From Candidatus Omnitrophota bacterium (GTDB lineage: Bacteria; Omnitrophota; Gorgyraeia; Ghiorseimicrobiales; Ghiorseimicrobiaceae): a DNA stretch of 64,000 bases. The first letter of the stretch is position 1. Each line of letters opens with the position of its first letter. Positions 17,284-25,215 of the stretch are shown here, in pieces. The translations under genes and the position numbers were made by a program. Location: contig JAUXSB010000037.1 in assembly GCA_030681595.1 (NCBI GenBank), positions 133,708 to 197,707 on the forward strand, read 5' to 3'. Below the pieces are notes generated by a model. The model was not told where the DNA came from. It worked only from the letters and a program-made list of their open reading frames with translations, and made no database searches.

Positions 17284-18794
17284 TTGGAACTCCTTTTTAG
17301 TAATTCCTTATCTATTTTTCCTGTTCGATTTTTAGGAAGCGAATCAATAAATTCAATAGCATGCGGCACCTTAAAATGCGCAAGGTGTTGTTCACAAAAA
17401 ACACGGAGATCTTTTTCGGTTAACGCGCTTTGGTTGCTTTTGACTACAAACGCTTTGACTATCTCTCCGCGGAGTTTATCCGGCATGCCTATTACCGCTG
17501 TCTCGATTATATCTTGATGTTTCTGGATTACGGATTCAACTTCAGGCGCATAAACAAGCTGGCCCGCCGCTTTAATCATTTCTTTTTTTCTCCCGGCAAT
17601 GTAGAGAAAACCGTCTTCATCAAATCTGCCTAAGTCTCCGGTGTGGAACCATCCGTTTTTTAACACGCGGTTTGTTTCTTCCGTGTTTTTGTAATAACCT
17701 TTCATTACTACCCAGCTTTTTATGGCGATTTCACCTATTTCTCCGGGCGCCACAGGTTCGCTAAATTCATCAATGACCGCAATTTGAACCCATGGGGCAG
17801 GTTTTCCTACGCTGGCAATATTTTTGCTGCCTAACGGGATAACGGTATTTGGCGGGCAGGTCTCGGTAAGCCCCCAGCCATTTAATAGATGCGTATTTGG
17901 GCAGTGTTGGTTAAAGCGCGCCAATACTTCAGGCGCGCTTGGCGCGCCAAACACCACCATCCAGCGTAAGCTTGATAAGTCATGTTTCTCAAATTCCTTT
18001 AACTGTAAAATAGCGTAATACATTGATGGTACGATATGAAAACAACTAACCCTGTACTTTTCGATAAGTTTTAAGAATTCAAGCGGAGAAAATCTCTCCA
18101 TCAGGATAAGCGTTATGCCGAAAATAAGAGAATTTTGCAAATATATAAGCCCGCCGCTATGCGAAAGCGGAAGGCAGCAAAGCTTAATGTCCGTGTCTGT
18201 TAAGTCCACAAAATATCTCATTGCTTCGGGAGAGCCATCTAAGTGCCTGTAGTTTAATAGCACCCCTTTGGGTAAACCGCTTGTGCCGGAAGTATACATT
18301 ATTAACGCGTCATCGTCCGGCGATATTTCATTTTCGGTAATTTTTGTTTTTGCTTCGTTTAAGATCTTATCAAAGTCTATACTTGTTTTTATTTCTTCGC
18401 TTGATTCTCCTTTAATGATAACTTTTTGCAAGGGCTCTGCCTCATTTTTTATTTTTGCCAGAGAAATGCCGTGCCGCGGCTGGGCGATTAAGGCTTTGGC
18501 TTCTGAATGCCTAAGGTATAGGATTATTTCCTCTTCCTTGAGCATAAAATCAAGAGGAATAACGACTGCCCCTAAAGAGAATAAGGCAAGATAGCTATAG
18601 ATATATTCCGGCGAGTTTGCCAGGTATATTGCCACCTTATCCTGCTTTTTTATTCCGACTATACTTAAGGCACAGGCGAGTTTAAAGACAATATCTTTTA
18701 GCTGGCTAAAGGATATTGTCTTATCGTTGAAGATTAAAGCAGGTTTGTCCGGGTATTTTTGCGCGTTTTTAATGAGAAAAGATTTTGTATCCAT
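17280..18794 (-). CDS. AMP-dependent acyl-CoA synthetase/ligase
   Basis: AMP-binding motif MYTSGTSGLPKGV and a C-terminal ANL domain. 504 aa. Confidence 0.8.
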   Translation of the reverse strand: MDTKSFLIKNAQKYPDKPALIFNDKTISFSQLKDIVFKLACALSIVGIKKQDKVAIYLANSPEYIYSYLALFSLGAVVIPLDFMLKEEEIILYLRHSEAKALIAQPRHGISLAKIKNEAEPLQKVIIKGESSEEIKTSIDFDKILNEAKTKITENEISPDDDALIMYTSGTSGLPKGVLLNYRHLDGSPEAMRYFVDLTDTDIKLCCLPLSHSGGLIYLQNSLIFGITLILMERFSPLEFLKLIEKYRVSCFHIVPSMYYAILQLKEFEKHDLSSLRWMVVFGAPSAPEVLARFNQHCPNTHLLNGWGLTETCPPNTVIPLGSKNIASVGKPAPWVQIAVIDEFSEPVAPGEIGEIAIKSWVVMKGYYKNTEETNRVLKNGWFHTGDLGRFDEDGFLYIAGRKKEMIKAAGQLVYAPEVESVIQKHQDIIETAVIGMPDKLRGEIVKAFVVKSNQSALTEKDLRVFCEQHLAHFKVPHAIEFIDSLPKNRTGKIDKELLKRSSK

Positions 18795-18840
18795 AGTAAA
18801 ATTTGACTATCAAATTAATAGTAAAATTTTACTATTAATT
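18795..18840. promoter_or_regulatory. Palindromic operator-like site AATAGTAAAATTTTACTATT with an upstream TAGTAAAATTT half-site
   Basis: 20-bp perfect palindrome at 18817-18836, immediately 5' of the acyl-CoA ligase start. A PadR regulator is encoded about 0.7 kb upstream. Confidence 0.35.
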
Positions 18841-18919
18841 ATGACAAATGTCAATAAAATTTAAGTTGAAGTTTAATATGTATAATTAGCTATCGAGTTA
18901 GTATAAAGTATGCGATATT

Positions 18920-19492
18920 TTATTGCGGGGGTATACTAGAGGGTTCTTCCTCGCTTGCGCCTTTTATTCCGGAGATTTTGTTGCCGCCTTCCTTCCATTC
19001 TTTCATTCCTCCTTGATAGATGAGAATGCTCTTATAGCCTAATTTTACCAATTTTTCTGCGGCTTCAGTGCTGACATGGCAGTTGTAATCTTTGCAGTAA
19101 AGCACTATCTTAGCTTCGGGCTTTATAATTTTCGGCGTAATAGATTCTATATCTTCGGTAGGGATATTAATAGAATTGATAATATGCTCTTTTCTGTAAA
19201 AATACGGGGGGAGAGTATTTATAGCGATAAAGGCTTCGTTACTTTTCTGTAATTTTTTAAATTCCTCTAATGAGATTTCACGGTAGCCTTTTTCCATCAG
19301 GAGCTTAATGTTACATATTGGGCAGGCTGCTTGCTCGGAGTGGTTTGCATGGCGATGGTCTTTTGCGGTATTGCTGCTAGTTTCTTGCGTTTTTTCATGT
19401 TTGCCCGACTCTTTTCCTTTAGGGCCGCAGGAAAAAACACACACCAAAGAAAATAATGCTATCGAGAATATAACTATTTTTTTTGTCAGCAT
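18920..19492 (-). CDS. Rhodanese-domain lipoprotein/secreted protein
   Basis: Signal peptide with Cys (lipobox-like FSLVCVFSCG). Rhodanese fold with an active-site loop Cys (LYCKDYNCH). Confidence 0.5.
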   Translation of the reverse strand: MLTKKIVIFSIALFSLVCVFSCGPKGKESGKHEKTQETSSNTAKDHRHANHSEQAACPICNIKLLMEKGYREISLEEFKKLQKSNEAFIAINTLPPYFYRKEHIINSINIPTEDIESITPKIIKPEAKIVLYCKDYNCHVSTEAAEKLVKLGYKSILIYQGGMKEWKEGGNKISGIKGASEEEPSSIPPQ

Positions 19493-20004
19493 ATACTTTT
19501 AATTAAATAATGGCTAAATTTTATTTCAGTATTAATAAGCTCAAGGTTATGCCGGATGATCAGGAAAAGCGGTTCTTTTTTCTTTGCTTTAGCAAGATTA
19601 GATTCGGTTTCGCGAAGCCATTTTTCGATCCGTCCTAGCCAGCTAAGGCGCTGTCTTAGGCGCCGCGCGACCATTTCCTTGTTTGTAAATTTCAAGAAGT
19701 AAAGCGAAATATCAGTATTGATAAAAGGGCGCTCAAGCATAAGAAAATTTTTATAAAGCATTTTTTTGAATGCGGCTTTACCTTTTTTAGTAATATGGTA
19801 GACGAATCTTTCAAGGCGGCCTTTGGTTTTTATGTGTTTCTCTGTAAGCAAGCCTTCTTTCTGCATTCGCTTTAAGGGATAATAAATGGATGTGCTATCT
19901 ATTGAGGCGTATTTTGCCGCTATTTCGCGGATAAGTTTTTTTATTTGATAGCCGTGTTTAGGCCCATCCATTAATAATCCGAGGATAATTAAGTCTTGTA
20001 TCAT
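19486..20004 (-). CDS. PadR-family transcriptional regulator
   Basis: N-terminal winged-HTH (ILGLLMDGPKHGYQIKKLI...YPLKRMQKEGLL) typical of PadR. Confidence 0.75.
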   Translation of the reverse strand: MIQDLIILGLLMDGPKHGYQIKKLIREIAAKYASIDSTSIYYPLKRMQKEGLLTEKHIKTKGRLERFVYHITKKGKAAFKKMLYKNFLMLERPFINTDISLYFLKFTNKEMVARRLRQRLSWLGRIEKWLRETESNLAKAKKKEPLFLIIRHNLELINTEIKFSHYLIKSIC

Positions 20005-20007
20005 GGT

Positions 20008-20081
20008 ATGGAGCGGGTGAACGGAATCGAACCGTCATATATAGCTTGGAAGGCTATTGTTCTACCATTGAACTACACCCG
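20008..20081 (-). tRNA. tRNA-Gly (anticodon UCC), CCA encoded
   Basis: The reverse complement folds as a canonical cloverleaf (GCGGGTG...AATAGC-CTTCCAA-GCTAT...GGTTCGATTCC...CACCCGC-T-CCA). It closely resembles known tRNA-Gly(UCC). Confidence 0.85.
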
Positions 20082-20094
20082 CAAAATTCATATT

Positions 20095-20138
20095 AGGCAG
20101 CGGGAGAAGGCTACTGCACTACCATTGTGCTACGCTCG
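20095..20138 (-). pseudogene. Degenerate tRNA-Gly-like fragment (5' half with an internal deletion)
   Basis: GCGAGCGTAGCACAATGGTAGTGCAGTAGCCTTC matches the 5' 34 nt of the adjacent tRNA-Gly, with compensatory D-stem changes. It then jumps to a 3'-end-like TCCCGCTGCC and has no anticodon or T arm. Confidence 0.4.
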
Positions 20139-20897
20139 CGTCACTTTTAATTCTTCGCGATCAAATTTATTGGTACGAATTTTGGCTAATTCCCAGCTAT
20201 AATCGTATAGATGCAGGCCTTTGCTGACGGCAATGATTTCGCCGTCTTCTACGCCAATTTCGTCGGCCATATAATTTTTGACTAATTGTAAACCTCCGCA
20301 ATTAGAAGGAAACCCGCCCCAGAGGTCCCATGACCTAAAATACAAGATAAAATGCAGTTTGCCGTACCTGATGCGCGTGTCAATCAAGCGCAGGCACGGC
20401 GGGTCTGTTAATTTAATGTCGTTTGGCATCCCGATTTCCATTACCGCCTGATTTGTGCCGTGCCCCTGTGTCTTGTACATATTTATTACTTCCTCGATTT
20501 GGTTGCAATTCAGAGGGATTTCTTCGCAGAGTTCAGAGGAACCTTTACTTTTTACCCTTACTTTAGGGTCGACCAATCTTTCTCCGTACGTATAATCCTC
20601 CGTATTGGTCTTTTGGCCGGTTAAGAGGTAACTCAGGTATGAATTTATATAGTCCATATCGGTCGGTGGAGGAATGTTCATTCCTTCCGGGATAATCGGG
20701 ATTATCTGGCGGGATGGTTTTTTGACGCGGATAGTTACAAAATCAAATTCAAGGCGTTTTTGCCCTTGATAGCTTCCGCGGTCTATGGTATAGATGTGGC
20801 CTTTATCAAGGATTTGGTAGAGGCATTGAAACCATGCGTCATCTAAATCAAAGGCATCGATGTAAACGGGCGTAAGAAAAATCTCTTTTTCCAGCAT
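20130..20897 (-). CDS. Thymidylate-synthase superfamily (ThyA-like) protein, short archaeal/phage-like form
   Basis: DPPCLRLID (PPC catalytic-Cys motif) and RSWDLWGGFPSNCGGLQLVKNYMA align with ThyA's LPPCH and RSxDxxLGxPFNIASYALL. The N-terminal RTG phosphate-binding motif is not evident. Confidence 0.5.
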   Translation of the reverse strand: MLEKEIFLTPVYIDAFDLDDAWFQCLYQILDKGHIYTIDRGSYQGQKRLEFDFVTIRVKKPSRQIIPIIPEGMNIPPPTDMDYINSYLSYLLTGQKTNTEDYTYGERLVDPKVRVKSKGSSELCEEIPLNCNQIEEVINMYKTQGHGTNQAVMEIGMPNDIKLTDPPCLRLIDTRIRYGKLHFILYFRSWDLWGGFPSNCGGLQLVKNYMADEIGVEDGEIIAVSKGLHLYDYSWELAKIRTNKFDREELKVTRA

Positions 20898-20901
20898 AAT
20901 G

Positions 20902-21129
20902 TTATTTTTTAAAGAATCTTACGGCTAATTTTATAGCTACTATTAGTGCAGTTCCAATAATTAACCAAGATATAATAGCGAATAACGTACTACCGATAAA
21001 TACTTTCGCAGAACTAAGGTACGGTGTTCCGCCTTCTCTTTTTGAAAGGGCGGCTATTATTTGCTGTGCTAAAAAAATAGCAATTATCAAAATAGTGCCT
21101 ATGGCAACGAAAGTTTTAGTTTTTTTCAT
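20902..21129 (-). CDS. Small membrane protein (2 TM)
   Basis: 75-aa ORF with two hydrophobic helices. No homology recognised. Confidence 0.3.
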   Translation of the reverse strand: MKKTKTFVAIGTILIIAIFLAQQIIAALSKREGGTPYLSSAKVFIGSTLFAIISWLIIGTALIVAIKLAVRFFKK

Positions 21130-21145
21130 CTTTTTATAGAATTAA

Positions 21146-21249
21146 TGGGCAGGAGAGGGTTCGAACCTCTGAAGCATTGCGCAGCAGATTTCAAGTGTCC
21201 GCCACTACTTCTTTGGCGGACAGTCGCCAACGCTTTGTGGCGACTGCCC
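21146..21249 (-). ncRNA. 104-nt tRNA-like structured RNA of unknown class
   Basis: Minus-strand RNA with a 5' GGGCAGU pairing a 3' CCUGCCC-A, and a perfect T-arm AGAGG-UUCGAAC-CCUCU. Two long internal hairpins (6-bp and 7-bp stems) fit no canonical D or anticodon arm. No CCA is encoded. Confidence 0.3.
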
Positions 21250-21387
21250 TTAAGTTACCTCAAGGCTTGGACTATCTCATCACCATAGCTTTATGTTTCT
21301 TAGCTTTAGGCGGTAGGCGCTTAGTCTCTGCACCTTCACCCCTTCTTGTTTTCACAAGAAAGCAGGGGCGCTTGGCTCAGGATTGCC

Positions 21388-22092
21388 CTAAGATTTTAGG
21401 GTTTCCCTGAATTCACCTACTTTTTCATCTAACCTTTCGGTAAGATGCTGCATTTTATACAGTCTGCCCCCTTTGGCCGCTTGGGTACCTGCCCAATCTT
21501 TTATAAATTTATCTGTCCAACTTTTAATTAATCCAAGTAATCGCTTATCATTATAGCGGATATGCACTAATCCATAAAGTAATTTTCTTTTGCTTAAATT
21601 AAGATTACCTATTCGTATATAAGGTTTTGTAAATTGGTTTAATGGTATTTGTGTTATTTTGTGCCAGTAGATTTTTAACTGATCAATGTTTTGATATGAA
21701 TAAGCATATAAATAAATTCGCAATCGTTCTTCTTGAACGCCGCAAATCTCGCGTAAGAATCGCAGGAAAACTTTTATCATTTCTGGATTGCTGTTAGCAA
21801 AGTCTACTGTATTACCGTGGAATGTCCCTTCTGCCCAATAGAGCATTAATCCAGATATTTTTAGGTTTTGTTCTAAAATACTAAGTTTTTCTTTGGTTTT
21901 AAATTGCGGTTTATGTTTATTGTTGAGATAGTTTGCCTCTGATAATGACCGCCTAGGTATTTTATTTTTATTCATAAAGTTATATAAGGACCAAACGGAA
22001 ATGCCTAACCTATGCGAAACTTCTTCAAGATTAAATTGATTATTCCAGTATAGGTTTTTAATTTTCGCTATGTTGGGGTTTTTGTTTGGCAT
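21388..22092 (-). CDS. HTH plus LAGLIDADG-like putative homing-endonuclease-like protein
   Basis: N-terminal HTH (LEEVSHRLGISVWSLYNFM). The segment GLMLYWAEGTF...KVFLRFLREI resembles a LAGLIDADG motif with its following helix. Located between tRNA genes. Weak call. Confidence 0.35.
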   Translation of the reverse strand: MPNKNPNIAKIKNLYWNNQFNLEEVSHRLGISVWSLYNFMNKNKIPRRSLSEANYLNNKHKPQFKTKEKLSILEQNLKISGLMLYWAEGTFHGNTVDFANSNPEMIKVFLRFLREICGVQEERLRIYLYAYSYQNIDQLKIYWHKITQIPLNQFTKPYIRIGNLNLSKRKLLYGLVHIRYNDKRLLGLIKSWTDKFIKDWAGTQAAKGGRLYKMQHLTERLDEKVGEFRETLKS

Positions 22093-22099
22093 ACTTTTA

Positions 22100-22175
22100 T
22101 GGAGCTGGCGAGAGGATTTGAACCTCCGGCCTGAGGTTTACAAAACCCCTGCTCTACCAACTGAGCTACGCCAGC
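22100..22175 (-). tRNA. tRNA-Thr (anticodon UGU), CCA encoded
   Basis: The reverse complement GCTGGCGTAGCTCAGTTGGTAGAGCAGGGGTTTTGTAAACCTCAGGCCGGAGGTTCAAATCCTCTCGCCAGCTCCA gives a canonical cloverleaf. Confidence 0.85.
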
Positions 22176-22176
22176 G

Positions 22177-23040
22177 TCAACTACATTTTTTAATTGCCGC
22201 GGGGATTTTGCTTACAATATCCGAGGCAATTAAACCCATTTGTGTTTTTTCTTCTGTAGCTAAATCTCCGGCTTTACCGTGGATGTAAACCGCGTATTTT
22301 GCGGCGCTAAACGCGTCAAGCCCTTGCGCTAAAAACGCGCCGATGATTCCGCTTAATACATCGCCCGAGCCGGCTGTGGCCATCCCGGGATTACCGGTTT
22401 TATTTATATAGGTATTTTTTTTATCCGCGACAATCGTATTGTGTCCTTTTAGCACAACCGTAATATTATAATCAGAAGCTACTCTTTTTGCAATAGTTTT
22501 ACGGTTTTTGTTTATTTTGGCTATGCTTAGGCCTGTTAGCCTTGACATTTCCCCTACATGCGGCGTAATTATTTTCGTAACCCATGACCCATGACCCATG
22601 ACCTGTAATATATCTAAATGGCCGACTAAAGCATTAATGGCGTCGGCATCGATAACCATAGGTTTTGAGCAATTTTTTATAATTTTTCGGATTAATTCTT
22701 GCGTAGGATTATTCTGCGAAAGGCCCGGCCCGATAATCAAGAGGTCCGTTTTTTCATCAATAAATTTTATAATTTCCGGATACGCATTTATGCTTAAAGC
22801 CTTATCTTTAGTTTCGGCTAAAGGTTTTAGCATTAGTTCCTTTATTCTCCGGGCAAAGGCGTTATGTAATGAGCGCGGGATGCCCAAGGTAACTAATCCG
22901 GCGCCCGAGCGCAAAGTAGATTCTCCCGTAAGGATTGCCGCGCCCGTTAAGCCGCAGGAGCCGGCTAAAATAAATACGCGCCCAAAATCTCCTTTATGAG
23001 CGCTAGCCTTTCTTCGTAATAATTGCGCTGGCAACTGCAT
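22177..23040 (-). CDS. ADP-dependent NAD(P)H-hydrate dehydratase (YjeF C-terminal/Nnr family)
   Basis: Carbohydrate-kinase-like fold with GPGL, HxGE and GSGDVLSG motifs. 287 aa. Confidence 0.75.
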   Translation of the reverse strand: MQLPAQLLRRKASAHKGDFGRVFILAGSCGLTGAAILTGESTLRSGAGLVTLGIPRSLHNAFARRIKELMLKPLAETKDKALSINAYPEIIKFIDEKTDLLIIGPGLSQNNPTQELIRKIIKNCSKPMVIDADAINALVGHLDILQVMGHGSWVTKIITPHVGEMSRLTGLSIAKINKNRKTIAKRVASDYNITVVLKGHNTIVADKKNTYINKTGNPGMATAGSGDVLSGIIGAFLAQGLDAFSAAKYAVYIHGKAGDLATEEKTQMGLIASDIVSKIPAAIKKCS

Positions 23041-23416
23041 AATCTTTAATGTGTGAAATAGATACCGAAATCTTATATTTTTTATTATTTTTAGCTAAGC
23101 TTATCAAAGGTTTACCTGTTTGGTTATTTGCTACTTCTATATCCTTAAAAGCAAATTTACCTCCGCCAGCAGCTTTAATTACCGCTTCTTTTGCGGCAAA
23201 CCTGCCGGCTAAATGCTCATAAACAAAGCGTTTACTCTTGGCATAGGCGATTTCTTTGTCGGTAAAGACGCGGTTTAAAAAAAGGTCGCCCCATTTTTTG
23301 ATTGATTGCTTTAGCCGCTTTACTTCTACGATATCTATTCCGGTACCGATTATTTCCATTCTAAATACGATTACACCGATCAATAAGCCGGTAAGGCAAT
23401 GGTTTTGGTTTTCCAC
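23003..23416 (-). CDS. acpS: Holo-[ACP] synthase (4'-phosphopantetheinyl transferase AcpS)
   Basis: IIGTGIDIVEV...GRFAAKEAVIKA motifs. The true start is probably the internal Met near 23359 (MEIIGTGID). Confidence 0.75.
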   Translation of the reverse strand: MENQNHCLTGLLIGVIVFRMEIIGTGIDIVEVKRLKQSIKKWGDLFLNRVFTDKEIAYAKSKRFVYEHLAGRFAAKEAVIKAAGGGKFAFKDIEVANNQTGKPLISLAKNNKKYKISVSISHIKDYAVASAIITKKG

Positions 23417-23519
23417 TTAGCCAAAGCCATAAGCCGGTAAGGCAATGGTTTGGTTTTCCACTTAGCCAAAGCCATAAGCCGGTAAGGCAATGGTTTTGGT
23501 TTTCCACTTAGCCAAAGCC
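23383..23519. repeat. Tandem direct repeat, 3 copies of a 45-46-bp unit (ATAAGCCGGTAAGGCAATGGTTTTGGTTTTCCACTTAGCCAAAGCC)
   Basis: Three head-to-tail copies between pdxJ and acpS. They differ only by one T in the T-run. Confidence 0.85.
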
Positions 23520-23528
23520 ATAAATAGG

Positions 23529-24254
23529 TTATACAGATTTGATTAATTCCAGCATTTCTTTGACCGCATTTTCTAAACCCACGAATACCGCTTTAGTGAT
23601 TATCGAATAGCCTATGTTTAATTCTTCGATTTCGGGAATACCGGCTATAAGCTTTGCATTCTTATAATCAAGGCCATGGCCGGCAAAAACCGAGAGCCCG
23701 ATTTTTTTTGCATGTTGCGCGGCTTTGATTATTTGAATCAGCTCTTTACCTTTTTCGTCATTGGTGGCTTGCGCATATTTGCCTGTATGTAATTCTACGG
23801 CATCAGCGTTAATGGATTTGGCGGTTTCAACCTGGTAGATATTCGGTTCGATAAAAAGGCTCACCATGATGCCGTTTGATTTTAGCTTATTTACGGTGTT
23901 TTTAACGCGCGATTTCAGCGAAACTATATCTAAGCCGCCTTCGGTAGTCAGCTCTTCTCTTTTTTCCGGAACCAAAGTAGCCTGGTCAGGCTTGGTTTTT
24001 AAGGCTATAGATACAATCTGCGGATTTATTGACATTTCCAGATTTAGATGCGTGGTTATGTTTTTTCTTAAATCTCTTAAGTCTTCGTCATTAATATGGC
24101 GCCGGTCTTCGCGTAAATGTACCACAATTCCGTCTGCGCCAGCGCCTTCTACTATGCGCGCGGCCTCTAGCAAGTCAGGGTAATTGCCTTTGCGCAGCTG
24201 TCTCAGGCTTGCAATATGGTCAATGTTAACACCTAAACGTTTTTTTTCCGGCAT
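23529..24254 (-). CDS. pdxJ: Pyridoxine 5'-phosphate synthase
   Basis: LGVNIDHIASLRQ N-terminus and PdxJ TIM-barrel motifs. 241 aa. Confidence 0.85.
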   Translation of the reverse strand: MPEKKRLGVNIDHIASLRQLRKGNYPDLLEAARIVEGAGADGIVVHLREDRRHINDEDLRDLRKNITTHLNLEMSINPQIVSIALKTKPDQATLVPEKREELTTEGGLDIVSLKSRVKNTVNKLKSNGIMVSLFIEPNIYQVETAKSINADAVELHTGKYAQATNDEKGKELIQIIKAAQHAKKIGLSVFAGHGLDYKNAKLIAGIPEIEELNIGYSIITKAVFVGLENAVKEMLELIKSV

Positions 24255-24262
24255 AATAAAAA

Positions 24263-25159
24263 TTAGAAGTTATGAATTATTATTTTACGCGTTATCGCGT
24301 CAATAATCTTAACAACATCATGCATTTCTCTGACATCGTGAACGCGGACGATATCAGCACCGTTAGCTATAGATAAAGCAATAGACGCGGCGGTCCCCAT
24401 CAGCCGGCCTTGCGGCTCTTTATTAAGAATTTGACCGATAAAAGATTTACGTGATGTACCGATTAAAACAGGAAATCCCATTTTTTTAAATTCAGCGAGC
24501 CGGCGAATAATCTCCATGTTATGCTCTAAGGTTTTGCCAAAGCCTATACCCGGGTCTATTATTATTTTATCCGAACTTATGCCGGAATCAACAGCAATTT
24601 TTATTCTTTTTTGCAAATAGCCGGTGATTTCCGTAATTAATGACCGGTAGTGCGGGTTATTTTGCATATCTAGCGGTTTTCCCCGCATGTGCATGAGCAC
24701 TACCGCCGCATTATATCTTTTAATTGTTTTCGGCATGTTGTTATCGCCGAAGGCTGTTATATCATTTACAATAGAGGCGCCGTTATCTAGCGCCAACTCG
24801 GCGATTTTTGACTTATATGTATCGATAGAAATCGGGATTTTTATTCTTTTAGCCAAAATCTTTATTGGCGGGATAACCCGTTTTATTTCTTCTTTTTCGG
24901 ATATAGGCTTTGCCCCCGGCCGCGTAGATTCCCCTCCTATGTCCAGAATATCCGCTCCATCCCTAACCATCTGTTCTGCTTTCTTGATGATTTTATCAGT
25001 CGATAGCCGGTAAAGCCCATCTCCGGTAAAAGAGTCCGGGGTTAAATTTAATATCCCCATTATTTGCGTGCGTTTACCTAACTTTAAGGTAAATTTTCGA
25101 GCCTTCAGGATAAACCTATCTTGAGGAAGGGCTTTACTGTTGTTGCAGAGCGGCTTCAT
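24263..25159 (-). CDS. folP: Dihydropteroate synthase
   Basis: GILNLTPDSFTGDG and DIGGESTRPG pterin-binding motifs. Confidence 0.85.
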   Translation of the reverse strand: MKPLCNNSKALPQDRFILKARKFTLKLGKRTQIMGILNLTPDSFTGDGLYRLSTDKIIKKAEQMVRDGADILDIGGESTRPGAKPISEKEEIKRVIPPIKILAKRIKIPISIDTYKSKIAELALDNGASIVNDITAFGDNNMPKTIKRYNAAVVLMHMRGKPLDMQNNPHYRSLITEITGYLQKRIKIAVDSGISSDKIIIDPGIGFGKTLEHNMEIIRRLAEFKKMGFPVLIGTSRKSFIGQILNKEPQGRLMGTAASIALSIANGADIVRVHDVREMHDVVKIIDAITRKIIIHNF

Positions 25160-25215
25160 AGAAAGAATTTTATGCCCGTTCTTTTAAGGAATAGGCAAGG
25201 CCTATCTTTGCAGGA

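Noticed and set aside
21130-21420. tmRNA (ssrA) hypothesis for the structured region with the GGTTCGAACC T-loop
   Set aside because: The available space (about 260 nt) is short. No tag-peptide reading frame ending in ...AA-stop could be found. The 5' acceptor partner lies only about 100 nt from the 3' end, giving a 104-nt tRNA-like element rather than a tmRNA architecture.
23383-23519. Possible CRISPR array
   Set aside because: The three 45–46-bp units are directly abutting with no spacers, so this is a plain tandem repeat. No cas genes are in the window.
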